The notes: generated by a model from the sequence alone, not told the origin. Numbered from the whole stretch's first letter, positions 12,798 through 26,677 are shown. The stretch is 61,940 bases of DNA, filler included, from Sluysia triapertura (GCA_046118255.1; 5 parts of 5 records of this genome joined end to end with filler, not necessarily neighbours in it), one strand, 5' to 3'. Program-made: numbers and translations.

Positions 12798-14924
12798 AAC
12801 ATAAGTAACTGATTTTATTTTAATTTGGATAATTTTAATATTATATCATTTTCAGTTAATTTTTAAGCTGTTTTCAAAATAGGAAACTCCCTGCACAATT
12901 TTTGTTAAAAGTTATATTTAATTTTCAGTTATTTTTAAGGTAATTTTTAAAAAACACTTTACTTAGATTTGGTTAAAATTTATATTTGATTTTTAGCTAA
13001 TTGAAAGATAATTTAGTGGGAGACATTCTGCCCAATTTATTTTTAAAGTATTTTTAATTATCATTACCATTCTAAACTTTCTGGATATTCATTTTTTGCG
13101 TCACTCCTGGTTGTTTTATCTTACTTAGATTGTAGTGTCTTTAATTTTATTATAAACGTTATTGTTATTTTTGTCATTTTAGTGATTCTCAGCATTTAGT
13201 AAAGATTTTCGTTGACAATAAATTGTATTACAAATTTTTGTTTAATAGTAGATTATTGACTTAGTTTTGATTTTGATTGTCAAGAACTTGAATTTGGAGT
13301 AATTGTTATTAATATTAGGAAATAAGATTACGGCAAAATTATATTTGATATATTAACTACAGAAATTATTAAGACTATTTCAAGCTACACCAGATAATAA
13401 TACTGAGTCGTAATAGCTAGTAATTTTAAAGACGCAACAGTAAGAAATAGTGAATTAAAGAAAGCTTGAATTAATTAATATAATAATAATAATACTGCAA
13501 AATTAAATTAAGTAAGAATTAATCTCGTAAACTATTACGTAACTATTTTTACGAAAATTTTTATGCAATCAAATTTTGGGCATGCTCCCATTAATAGTCT
13601 TACATTTTATTGGTGTATGTTATTGATTAACGAATAAAGAAAATTTCCATAAATTTTAGTCATAAGTACTATATAGCAAAAAGTAAAAGTAATAATATAG
13701 TAAAAAATTAGTATTAAAAAAATGAAATTATTAAAATTTTGGATGGATAAAAAATTAATTAGTGAATTACTAAAGGAAGAAATTCAATTTAAATAAATTA
13801 ACTGAAACTGGCGATAAATTATCAGAATTAAATTTTAAATTTTTATATATAACCGTTTTTATATCTTATTTCTCTTCAAAATAAAATATACCCACCAAAA
13901 TAAACTTTCACTTTTCAAAATATTGCGAACCTACAATCTCATAGCAAAGAATACCATCAATTCACATTAAGCAATTCATCAAAATTATTTATTTGATACC
14001 TCATAACATCCAAACCACAATAACGCCTTAAACCATTAAATTAGAGTTAAAAGATCATTCAAAACATTTTATTTTCAGTTTTAAACAATTCAATTTCAAC
14101 CACATTCAAAATCAACCATCATACACTTTCAAATCATCTTAAACATTTTAAAATTCCCATATTTATCTCTCTTCAACTTAAAAACATTAATCAGCATCCA
14201 AGTCATTGTAAATATTTATATTTCAATACACTTTCAGCTTGAAACATGATTTTCTTTCAAAACACCAAGCATCATTTAAAAACTAGTTTAAAATAGCATT
14301 CAAGGTGTATATTAAAAAAGCCTCAACACCACAAGTTCCTTTCACTTCTACTAAATATATGTGTCAAGAAATATCAAGAAAGAAAGCAAGATCATGTAAA
14401 ATTAGATATTTAAAAGAAATGTAGAAATTTATGTTTTAGTATAAAATAATAATAGTAACACTAATGTTATTATTATTATTATCATTTTATCATTATCAAT
14501 TTATTTTATTAATTTTATATCTAAATAAATCAGCAATTATCCATATTGACATAACTAATCACTGTGTACAAATGAATGTCAACATGGATGGTGGCTCATC
14601 TCTCAAGGAATCTGTATTAAACAATATTACTGGTCGTCCAACCAGAGTTGTTATCATCACTACTTTATATTTCTCTGGTTGGACGACAAATCAGATTGTA
14701 TGTTAAAAGTAACGGTTCACAAATTTATTTACCACAATTGCATTGATGAGGATTCAAAAATTATAATTAAAACGGTAGAGTTGACATAAAATAATTTTTC
14801 ATTTTAACAATCTTCAATATTTCGATTTATTTCACTTTGTAATTTGATTTAAATTTTAATTTTGTTCTGGCAACATTTAAACTCACAGTGAAGTAAAAAA
14901 ATGGAACTCAACTATTATGATAAC

Positions 14925-15080
14925 GAATATAATAAAGATGATAGTAATTATGTCAAGCATTATAAAGATGGTAACGATTATTTCAAGCATTATGAAAACG
15001 ATAACGAATATGTTAAAAATTCTATAGACGATAACAATTATGTCAAGAATTATAAAGATAAAGATGATAACAATTATTTG
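14925..15080 (+). repeat. ~30-bp minisatellite (gataac.attat.tcaag.attataaa)
   Basis: About five degenerate units; produces the repetitive ORF 14901-15119. Confidence 0.7.
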
Positions 15081-15274
15081 AAGCTGTTGGGAGGGCTTTT
15101 TATGTTTTGTAGATATTAAATTAAAATTATTTTTAGTTAATTTTTTGATTACACAAGGATTATTAAAAGAATGATATTTTATTTTTATTTTTTTATTTAA
15201 TAAGTTTAAAATTTTAGCTAAATGAGAATATTTTAATATTTTAATATTTTAATACTATTAAATTTAAGAATTAA

Positions 15275-16000
15275 TAAACTAGGCTTAAAGCCTTTAAAGA
15301 ATAAACGATTTAACAAAACGAAATTTAACTTTTATTAATATAATAAAATAGAACAAAGACACATAAAAACACTTACACTATTGTATCACTGTACAAACGT
15401 TATAGTATTCACATTGTTTGATTTGTTTACATATTAAAACACATGTTGTTTAGTTATACTATTGAGCAGAATAGCTTTATGCCAATACATTTGAACTTGT
15501 TGTGCTATTTTAATTTCCATTCTTGGATAATGCATAAAAACACCTTTATAATGTAATGATCGTAAAAATCTTAAATATAATCCATTAAAAAATGTCAAAA
15601 GTAATAATATAGAGAAAAATACTATCATGACGTAATTTTTCGAATATTTGAAAATGCTTGAATATTTAACTCTATTCTAACATACTCTTTACAACGGGTT
15701 TTAAGGATGCGTGTCAGTTATAAAGGAAAAGGTCAACAATATGGCACAGTCAGTTTTTTATCTTTCAATACGGATTCAAGTTAATTATTAGTCGGATTTG
15801 AGGAAGCGCATGTCGATATGTGGGCCATAAATTCAGGCCAACATTGTTGCAATTCATGGATGCTCAGAAAAGTTCTAATATCGTTTGCGTAATTTCCGCT
15901 ATAAAGTTTCTAGAAGATACTATTAAAGCTCTGCATATGTTCTACTTGGCATTCAAACGGAGTATATCGGGTCGATCAGCAGATTCAGATTTTTTTAGTG
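15275..16000 (-). mobile_element. Gypsy 3' remnant (post-integrase KKLTVPYC*PF motif) with small accessory ORF 15434-15628 and a conserved 3' block
   Basis: KLxxxYxGPF-like motif at ~15.73 kb; 15281-15390 is homologous to 20599-20712. Confidence 0.4.
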
Positions 16001-16649
16001 GAAGAAAAATGATAATAATGGACATGCTTTGTCAATTACTTTTTAGTAAGTATATTTTATTATAATAATTTATTATAAAAATAATAAATTTTATTGTAAT
16101 ACTATTTATATATTTGCTTCTTATTGTCTTATCATTTTAGGGTAGATCATCGGCCAGTTAATATAACCTTGATTTGAGTAACGGTAAAAAAATTTTGTTT
16201 AAAAAATATGAAAATGGATTGTAAATTATATAAAGAATGTTTTCATGTGTACACAATGGGAATAACATATGTAAATATTATTTATTAATATTAAAGTTTA
16301 TTTGTGGAATTATTTAAAATTTAACTCTGTATTAAAAACAACAAAATTATTGTTAAATTTTATAATATGGAAATAATAAAATGTAAATTAAAAGTTAAGA
16401 CAAAAAGTAATAACATAATAGTAAACAATCAAGTGGATAAAATAACAGTAATTAAAATTAAGAGAAAAATAATAACACATATACTATAAAATAATAACAA
16501 ACTATAGTTTAAATGAAATAATATCAAAAAAGTAATTATACTGTATTACAAAAATTAGAAAATGTCGTTATTATGAAAAAATCGTTATTATAAAAAATAG
16601 AAGTGTTCTTTTCAATCATTCAAGTTAGTTAGTTATTATTGGAAGTTGT

Positions 16650-16830
16650 TGATTGAAGGTGTTTGGTATTCGATTATTGTTCCAGTTATTTACTGAAGGT
16701 ATTTGGTATTCGATTTGAATCATTTATTGAAGAAGTTATTTTCTGAAGATATTTGACATTTGATATTTGACTACTGTTCCAGTTATTTGGTATATAATTA
16801 CTGTTCGAGATAAGGTATTTGGTATTTGAA
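16650..16830. repeat. Degenerate minisatellite (gaaggtatttggtattcga..ttccagttattt)
   Basis: About four imperfect units. Confidence 0.65.
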
Positions 16831-17309
16831 TAACTGACATTTTATAATTTAAAATACATTAATATTTTACTTTGAATATTTATCAAAATAACATTTAAAA
16901 TAATTAAAGTGTTAAATTTAAACTTAAAAGAAATTTACGATCACCAAAAATATTTTATATTGCGAATATTCTCCGAATTATTTTGTAGACGTTGTACTTG
17001 TTACTTACGTTTGATAAATAAATTTTTAGTCGGTTCAGTTTATATTATTTGATTTTAAGGAGAACTTGAATTTTAACATTAATTAAACAAAATTGAACCA
17101 TCTCTTACACCAGAGACGAGTGAATTTGCTGATTAATGTACCAACACTGATGATGGTCAATCATCAGTATTAACAATTTTCTAATCTGGTTTATCAACGC
17201 TGCTCATCATCCAATCAGGACTTATTTTCTCATTTATCTTATTAAAGGCCTGATTGGATGACCAATAATAATACTTTTTAATCAACATTAATCTAAAAAT
17301 AAAAACAGA

Positions 17310-18470
17310 ATGATTTTACCATTATATATACAACTTAAGCAAAGTGGAAGTTCAAATATTAACTTTTCTACGACTAGCATTATCGGTAAATTATGCCTCG
17401 AAAGACTACCATCTAAGTTTGGATCAAACGCATCAGCCAAATTTAAACCTATGATTTCAACTAATAGCGATGGTTCCGTTACAATTTCGTCACCATATGC
17501 TCCGAACCTAATTAATTAATCATTATCATCAAGACATACTGAGAGATGTCGAGGTGCATATAAAAATAATTTAGACGCAAATGAAATGATACAAGATTTA
17601 TTAATGATTTATGTGGTGATTTGAGAGTCACAACACTTGGTTTTATAATTCTTCAAAATGTGAGTCTACTAAAAAGAGCAGATAGCTGTTCATTAATTTT
17701 GATAAAAGAGGATCTGGTAACTCTTCTACCGATGCTCGTTAGCAAATTGTGTGATTTAATCATAGATGATACTTCGTACGAAGTTGAAAGGCATTGTCAT
17801 GACAATACTATTCGATTTTCATTTAGTCAGAGTATGATGTGTCACGTGGCACAATTGGAAATAGATAAACCCGTTAAAGATGTATATATAGTTAAACGAA
17901 CGTATGTAGAAATGGATAAACCGACTATTAATGTGGTAAAGTGTGTTTTGTACATGATTCTAAAAGACAATATCATTATCTTAAGCGGAATATTACGATC
18001 AGCTAATAAAGTTAATCAACAGCAGTATCCATTCAGTCGAAGAGATGTTGAAGTTTTTCAAAGCTTTCTAAGTCCTAGTCGAATTAGTATCAAAAAGACA
18101 GAAATTTGTGGTCAATCTAAATTAAAAATTCGACGAAATCAGTAGAGACCAATGATAGAGCAAGACATAATCGCAGATGTAATTACAGTTGAAAGTAGAA
18201 ATAATAATGTCCGTGACGAAAAAGTATTTCTGGTAAAAATTAATTTTTTAACTTTCAATTCATTCACGTTGTTTATTTCAGATAATCTACCCAACAGAGA
18301 GGCTCATTACATGTGGAAAGACGCAGCAACAGATTCAACCCATTCGAATGCGATGACAGATAAATGTTTAAATTTTAGACGTTTGAATTTTGCTACAAAT
18401 CATAAAAAAATAAAATTTTTCTCTTTTGTGACTTTTAATAATTTATTTTACTGCGTATATAAATGTTAAA
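17310..18470 (+). pseudogene. Decayed coding-like region of unknown origin
   Basis: Consecutive ORFs 17310, 17621, 18152 with raised GC; no recognised domain. Confidence 0.3.
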
Positions 18471-18931
18471 TTGAAGTCAAAGTAAATGCATCTAAGTTAA
18501 TAATAATGAGCATACATTATAAAGTATTACATGAACAGTATATCAGCAACGATTTTATCGACTTCAATTCTGTAGGACCCCTTACTAGTATACTTTACCA
18601 AGTTCTAAATGTGTAGTAGATAAATCAGTAAGTGTTATTGGAACTCAATTATTTCATTTTAAAGTTACATTCTTTAAGTCGAATCGAATCTCTTACGTTA
18701 AATTCCAACAAAACTCAAATACATAAACTACTAAATCAGTCACGACTATAACGTATTAAATTGGTATCCGACATTCAATATAAACCCAATACCAAACTGA
18801 ATACGAAAAATACAAAAAATCTCCATATCTTATGCGAATTGTAAATATAACAGCAATAGAACGAAAATGATAGATAAAATAATAAAAAATTTCCATTTGA
18901 TAATATAAAAGATCCCATACAATTTGAAAAG

Positions 18932-20400
18932 TCATGTCTCTGAAATCAGCAACGTCTCGCGCATAGAGGTTCCGATATATTCTCCGGGCGATCCACCTGT
19001 CTCATAAATAAGCTCATTGATACTATCTGACGCGTCTATGCTAAAGCTTGGTAACTTAAACGATTCTAAATAAAACATAATCATATAGGATTCTCTAACT
19101 GATGTCATTAACCGTTCAAAAGTTTGTTGCATAAATATACAAGTCTTTTTTCTTTCAAGACTTCATAGGCCTTTAATTCTAATTTAAAATTTTAAGTAGT
19201 CTTTGTGTTTTATTGTTTAAAGACGGTAGAGTCGACGTACTTAGTGTCAGACGACTCACAATAGTCATCAAATGTGCAACGGACTTTAAACATTTTACTC
19301 TATAACTCTTTATCTGAATCTTTCGAAAAAAGAAACAAGGAAATTTAGTAAATAATAGATTTGAGAACGTTCATAATAATATTTTAAATTATCATAATAT
19401 CTTGAATCATCTTGCAAATTGAACAATTTGCTGCGTATAACTTGATTATTTAACGTATAACTATATGTAATGAACATTAGTCTAACTGGTTGAGAACAAT
19501 TTTCAAAATTACTAATTGTAAATGTTTTTATTGAAATTGTTATGTTAATTCTTTCACGAGATCTTATTAAATATACTTGAATTTTATATTTTAATTTTAA
19601 ATGAAACTGAAAAGTTTGAAAATTATTTATAACAACTAAGAATTTACAAAGACACAAGAATTTATTAATTAATTTGAGCATAAAAATTTTAAAGTTTGAT
19701 GTTTTAAAGTTGTTAGCCCTGTATACTTCGATTGTTGAAGCCCACATTTCATTATATAAAATAAAATGAAAAATTAAATTATCATTTATGTCAGAATAAA
19801 AATTATTTACTTTATGATTATCCATGAATGCAATGCTGTCCGATGTTTCTGAAGTTGTTATTCCGATGCATTTGAGTAGATTCGTAAGTCTGGAAAGGTT
19901 ATCTGTGTATGATATATCATCGAGTTCAGGACTCGGTAACTGGTTAACTGTGTGTGCTTATACGCATTTAACTCCAAATTTCGTGCATCAACCATTTAAG
20001 TCACTACTGTATAGGCAAAGTGCCCTTCTCATACATTGAATTGAACTTAATGCATTATTGAAATAGTTGTGAAACATTGACTTGCCAGGAACCGATGGAA
20101 GGTACTTTACATTGTTAGATGTATGGCTAAATTGACGTTTATGAGGAACTGCATATTGATATACAGGAAGTATATTAAAATCTTCTTTATATTTATCCTT
20201 ATAATCGGTATTTAACTGGGACAAATTCATTCTTAAAACCTTGTTTGAAGTTAATTTTAGGTTTGTATACATTGTTCTTATGATAAAAGATTTGATCATA
20301 TTTTTCTTTAGTAGATTATCTTCTTTATTTCGAATGTAGGTCATGAACACACTTTCACGTAGAACGGAGTAATCGTAAACTTTATCAGCAACTAACGATG
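18932..20400 (-). pseudogene. Decayed long ORF of unknown origin
   Basis: ORFs 19988-20350, 19310-19825 and 18932-19132 share one reading frame, interrupted by stops. Confidence 0.4.
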
Positions 20401-21399
20401 CGAATCTATGACATCCACATGACTAATTGTATTTACACCTTGTGGGGCGCTTAAGTTTCAAAAGAGATACTATATTATAATCTTTAATATTTAATTTTAT
20501 TTTTTTTAATTTAAACATAAAACTTTTGACTCAAGAATAACCATTAACGTTTAATTTTAACAATGTGAAAAAGCTATGAAATTTATAAACTAACAAATTA
20601 GGCTTAGGGCCTTTAGAGAATAAAATATTAAACACAACGATATAAAACTTTTTTTTATTAAAAAAAGACAAAATATAAGAAAAACACACATAAAAATGCT
20701 TACATCATTACAGTTAGGATTTAGAAAATAATCTTCAGCCAGAGATGTAATTACATTCGACGGTTTCAAATCTTCCAGAATCCTGAAGGACGGACAATGG
20801 AATACTTTCCATATGATGATATGTGAAAATATTTTGCATCGGGTCAGATCCTGTCAATGCAGGATTCCAATGATCCACTTGCTAAAGCTGGTACAATTAG
20901 AGACGGTAGTGACATTGTGAGGTTTGGATGGTTCAATGCAATTTTTACATATGAAATTTTCAGCCGCCATATTATATTGCATACAAAAGGCATTAAATAA
21001 CGACATAAACATTGCGTGATTTAAATTTATGGTAAATATGGTAAAAATTGCTTTCTTTTTAATACAATTGATTAATTTTTTAATTATTCTTTATATTTTG
21101 ATGCAATAATTATAAATATCCAACAAATTAAACTAAACTATTATTGATTTTTTTTGCTAAATTCTATTAATAATTTGTATTTATAACATATACTTAAGTT
21201 TTCAAATAACTTCAGTCTCTGACAAAACTTTCATAATAATATTAATAATGAACTTTGCTAATATTCAAAAGTTTCTTAAATTTAATCATTTGCTCATGAT
21301 TTAATTTTACTTCATTTCAAATGCATTTATCTCAGCTCTTTATTTTTCTTCCTTTATAGCCTTCAAATCATTCAAATAATAATTTCTCATTTTGTACTA

Positions 21400-21962
21400 A
21401 ATTTTATTATTGTGTAGCTGAGGATGAATATTGAATAAAGTAGAAGGTGGTGACATCGTAGTTGCATTTGTTGGTGTAGTTGGCGTAGTTGTCATTGAAA
21501 ATTGTGTTTTTAGACCTTTACGTGACAAAGGGCCTATTCGACATTCCATTGCATTTTGCTTGAGTGCAAATTTCACTTTCAGATTCGGTAGCGAAGGTAT
21601 TTTTCTAATAGGATATTCATCTTTTGATGTAGAGTTTGTTGTATTGTTGGTATTTGTGGGAGATATTTCTGTGGTTGTTAATGATTCAACTGGTTTATTA
21701 GGAAGAATTGAAAGTTGATTGTTTTGATTCGACGAGATGGCAGGCTTCTGATTCTGTGTGTATGAACAAGATGTAAAAGAAATAGATATTGAGGTAGGAG
21801 TTTTCTAATTCAAACTATTATAATCTTCATTAGATACAGTATCTGTAGAACTAGAAAGAGTAGGATTCGAAATAGACGGCGAATTAGTGGAATTTGATGT
21901 TTTCATTTTACTTAATACACATTCCTTAAGTCGTTGTTTTACTTCGGAAGATGACAATCTTG
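21400..21962 (-). pseudogene. HDAC4: Class IIa histone deacetylase (HDAC4/5/7/9-like) N-terminal pseudo-exon
   Basis: After acceptor tttag: RLSSSEVKQRLKECVLSK (MEF2-binding helix) and DEYPIRKIPSLPNLKVKFALKQNAMECRIGPLSRK (cf. DFPLRKTASEPNLK..LKQK..ERRSSPLLR); one in-frame TAG at 21805-21807. Confidence 0.8.
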
Positions 21963-22049
21963 CTAAATTATATAATTATTTAACAATAAAACAAATTAAA
22001 AAAGTAAAAATTTCTAATTATGTTTTCTTTCCACAAATTTTAATGTTAA

Positions 22050-23900
22050 TAGTCATGATATCTGCGACAGTGTAATATTCGGTGTAACAACGATTCTTAT
22101 TCACTATAATTCTGGTCGTTTTAAAATCTTAATAATTTACAAAATCTGGTGGTATAGATTTACCTCATGAAGATGTTCGAGTAACTAATTATATTTGATG
22201 TAATTTTATCATTTTATAGTAATCAAGGTGAACATGAAAATAGTCTTTATACACAAAAGGCACTATTTGAAAAAATTTTATATCATAGTCATATTAAGTG
22301 TTATCGGATGCGATTCACTGTAAAATGGACTGAAAAATCGAATGTTTGCAATGTGTTTATATTATTGCTGAATTTTTCAATCAACTAAAATATTTGATTC
22401 GATGTATGAATGCTTACTTGAAATAACAAAGAAATTACAAAGAAATGTGATAAGATACTAGTAGTTATAATGTTAACGAGTTATAATTATATTAAGTTAT
22501 GAAGAAAAAGTCTTGAAAGAGAAACTTTGTAAACTATGTCATTTGATTATAAATGTGAGTTTAATGATCATAGTAAATCAATATCACCACCATTTTTTAT
22601 TTACGTAGAATTTCAATCAACATTACCACCAGGTTTATTATTAGTAAACTAAAACTAAATACCACAGTTATACTGGCTATAAATTAGATTATCAAGAAAA
22701 CAAATTAGTTTATCTAGTTGCGAGCAATTTGAGTTTAATAATGCAAAATGATATTTGTTTAAGAAAACCATTAACTGATCTTGTTATGTTATTTATCATG
22801 AGTATTTTAATATTAAGTGTTTAGATACATCTTGTAATAAATTTAATTTAACAATTATTTCATAATTTAAGTGAATTTTATATTCACCATATATAAAATT
22901 ATGCATTCAGTAAATTAATGAATTGGGAAATAACTTGATACTCCAAATATTTTAAAAAAATTTCAAGCTTTATTTGCTTTTCCCAAATCAGTAAAATTGT
23001 TTCAATTAAATTTATAGATAAGTTATTAATTTTTAACAAATAAACTGGCACATTTAATTAGCACTATGTCAGCATTACCAGTGAAGAGTGAAGTATTGTC
23101 AAAAGTATTAAAATCAAAATGTGTTTTTCCATTTATAGTTACTTTATCTTGTGCACTACAAAATATTAAATCATTACCACCAAAATTGAATAATGATATT
23201 AAGCATTAAAGATGTGGCAATAATTTATTTGTTTACGTATGGCTTCCTTTAAATTAATGCCTAATTTTGAAGAATTTAGAAAAACAACCATAAATTAAGA
23301 TCAGTTAGATCCAGTCAGCTTTTTATTATTACTTGGTTTAAGTTGGGCATCAACACTTTACTCGAAATATCAGTTAGTGGATTTAACTAATTCTAATATG
23401 TTTAATTTTTTCGAAAACATTGTAAAGTGTGGAATGACATTTGTCAAGAAACATTACACGATTGCCCATAATAATACTAGTTTATTCTACATATATTAAC
23501 AATTTATATGGTTGGGCTTTATCACAAGCATTACCACATAATGGCTTCAAATGGATATATTATGTAAATAAATTAATTGTCAATTTATCAAATACAGATA
23601 GGCTGCATATTCGAAGTTGACTTGATTATTTCATATCATGCACACGATAAGTTAGGTGACTTACTTTTTGCTCTTGAATGTAAGTGTTTACAAAATTCTA
23701 AAGTTAAAAAATTATTATTAACTCATGAATCTCAATTTAATTATATAGAGCATTCGCCTATTATACAAAAGTATATAAAATTAGGACCAATTGTTAGTAA
23801 AATTAATAGAGCAGTTGAATTTAATCAAATCTGCATTATATATATATATATATTGATTTTAACTCACATAATCCTAATCAAACAACAACAAAATTCCTGA
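22050..23900 (+). mobile_element. Decayed Polinton/Maverick (adintovirus-like) protein-primed family B DNA polymerase
   Basis: SPPFFIYVEFQS (exo I-like, ~22.6 kb), KCVFPF, FEEFRK, LGLSW..MFNFFEN..GM, NNLYGWALSQALPHNGFKW (~23.5 kb), GCIFEVDL..HD..SKVKKLLL..NY.EH..KINRAVEFNQ. Confidence 0.8.
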
Positions 23901-24669
23901 AAATGTTTACAAGCTTTATTGTAAGACTTTAGAGAATTTAAAATGTCGTACTAAATGTAAGATTTTGCTGTGCTGCTAATAATTTAAACATATACCACAA
24001 GTAAAGCTAATTTAAAAATTCAATTAAAGTTGCTGATGATTTGATTGCAGTTTTACTAGGAAAAGAAGTAGTGTGCTCCTATAGATAAAGTTGTGTAAGA
24101 CAAGCTGTATCAAATACATTAGGAAGAATTAGAAAAATATCGTCAACTATTTAATTTTAAGAATGAATTAGATAGATTCTTTTTTAATACTTTTTTAATG
24201 CATTAATACTTTAGTAAATGAAATTGAAGATGAATTATTGGATGCAAAATCATGGTATAAACTATCTATTGCATTAAATCTCAAGATATATAGATAAATT
24301 TAAAGACAAAAATCAAGATAAAATAAATTCCACTGAATTGATATTTTTGAGGCCCAAATGCTACTTCTTACTTTCTACTTAATTGATTACCAAAGAAAAC
24401 TAGTCTTTATTTATCATTTTGAAAAAGAAATGAGTGAGACATACCAAAGCAACAGTGACAGAATTATTTCTTTCCATATTTTAAAATAACTATAACAGAA
24501 TGTTTTAAATTATTTCTACTGAACTTTATGAAAATATTTGTTTTTTGGTACCTGAAATATTGTAATAATAAATATTACTATTGTTATTATTATTATTATT
24601 TTAACTTTTGAACATGTTAAATAGGGAAAAAATATTAATTTTAAATTATAAAAGACATGCTCAAACTAA

Positions 24670-25094
24670 CTAGGGTCCCATGACTGCTGCTTTACCAATC
24701 CATTAGATGCCGAACAAGTTCTATTCGTGTGATTAGTTGACTGAGACGACATAGTTGTTGAATTAGATGAAGTAGGCATGAAATTTGGTGAGGTTTTCAT
24801 ATTTTTTAACGAAAAATGATTGGTTTCATTATTTTTGGATTCATATGAAGATTCATTATTGATTGATCTAGAATAACTGGAAGTAACAATAAAATTCCGC
24901 TTATGTTGACCATTATTGTTAATGTTGTTGCTTTGTATTACAGTTTCAGAAGGAACACTATCGTCATACATCTTAGACTCAAGATCCATACTTCGTGATT
25001 GGTACATAAATTTATTTCTACTTACTTTATTAGATGTTGATGAGGTAGTACTTAATAAGTTTGAATTTGATGATAAAGGATCAACAAGGTTCAT
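24670..25094 (-). CDS. Ser/Asn-rich exon-like fragment of an unidentified gene
   Basis: 142-codon frame ending LVKQQSWDP at a GTTAGT donor; no recognised domain. Confidence 0.35.
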
Positions 25095-25842
25095 GAATTT
25101 GGAAAATGAACATGTTTATTGTCTAGATAATTATGAAATTGAAAACATGTGTCAAATATTTAAAGAAATTTTTCAATTTATAATTTAAATTATAAAATAT
25201 ATAATATAAAATATAAATTATTTAAAGCCCATGGACCTGTAACTTATCTTTATCTTTAACATAATTCAATTTTTCTCCAATTAAAATGTTTTATGATTAA
25301 AACAATTATTTTCCCTAATCGGAAAGAATTTTTAGATTTAAAACTTCATAAAAGTGTTAGAGACACTAAAAAAAATTCAAATAAAGAGATATTAAAAGTC
25401 ATGCTGAGCTTGTATGATAATATGATATTTCCGAAATCATCATTATTCAACTTGACCATAGATGCGCGGGTAAAATGAAATGCACAATCTTGGTACTACC
25501 GTAATTATTAAATTTTATTATTAAATTGAATTTAGTGTACACAGTTTTTCAATATTAGATGTACACCTAATACAGGTCTTACATATTATATTTAAATATT
25601 AATTTTAATAATGCGTTACAATAAAAAAACAAAATAATACGATAAAGCGTATTTCAATAACAGTTTAATATAAGATATTTTCTTTACAAATTTAACAATT
25701 AACTTTATTCTATTTCAGTTTTAGTGCTTCGTTTTAAACAGCTATTGTTCTAATGAAAATGTTTGTTAGCTATTTATAAAATTTCTTACAATATTCTCTT
25801 ATAGACTACAAAAAATTACAGTTTTATTATTAATCTGAAACA

Positions 25843-25847
<5 letters not shown>

Positions 25848-25924
<77 letters not shown>
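25848..25924. repeat. (ATT)n microsatellite
   Basis: Direct; runs into the gap. Confidence 0.95.
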
Positions 25925-26024
25925 NNNNNNNNNNNNNNNNNNNNNNNNNNNNNNNNNNNNNNNNNNNNTTAATTAATTAANNNNNNNNNNNNNNNNNNNN
26001 NNNNNNNNNNNNNNNNNNNNNNNN
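25925..26024. other. Assembly gap/linker
   Basis: N44-TTAATTAATTAA-N44. Confidence 0.97.
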
Positions 26025-26546
26025 TATAAAATAAATTCAAAAATTACTTAAAGCATGGATCTTCTTATTTGCATTACTAATTGTTATTATTGTTGTATTG
26101 TTTAATAAAATTTTTAAGTTTTCATTTTTATATTTTCTAACCATCCAATAATTTCCAGTAATAATTACATATCACTACAACATTCTTTGAGAATTAATTC
26201 GACAGTAATAACTTTGAACTACATAGTACAGACTAGTCAAGCTTTATTAGGTATAGAACACAAAAATTTGATTTACGATTATCTATTATTTCCTTTGCTC
26301 TACTTAATCTAATTCTCACATTAATATAACAATCATTATTATTGTAGACATACATAAAAAATAAGTAATTTAATTTTAGTTTTCAGAATTTAATTAATTT
26401 CTGGTTTTTCACACCCAATTTTCTAATGAAAAATGTTTTAAACTTCTTATTCTCAAACAAACCGCTCTACAAATATTTCAAACTCACTTCTAGATTATCC
26501 TCTTTTATAGCAATCATCTCATATTCCATTCATTACTCTTAGATTT

Positions 26547-26675
26547 CGTTAGATTCCGTAAAATGGACTGACCGGGATCAAACACAGACCTCTTGTTGAG
26601 CGGTTCGATGCTCTACCACTGAACTATCAGCCCCGTCTAACAACTCTAGATAATTATAGTCCATTATTCCCAACA
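26547..26675 (-). mobile_element. tRNA(Cys-like)-containing short element, copy 1
   Basis: Reverse complement: TGTTGGG..TGTTAGAC-GGGGCTGATAGTTCAGTGGTAGAGCATCGAAC..GATCCCGGTCAGTCCA..ATCTAAC; A and B boxes. Confidence 0.75.
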
Positions 26676-26677
26676 GA

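Noticed and set aside
14901-15119. DNY-rich protein
   Set aside because: Explained by a 30-bp minisatellite; no other coding evidence
21431-21718. + strand 95-aa ORF (likewise 24916+, 33422+, 4952+, 53412-)
   Set aside because: Antisense shadows of coding or TE sequence on the other strand
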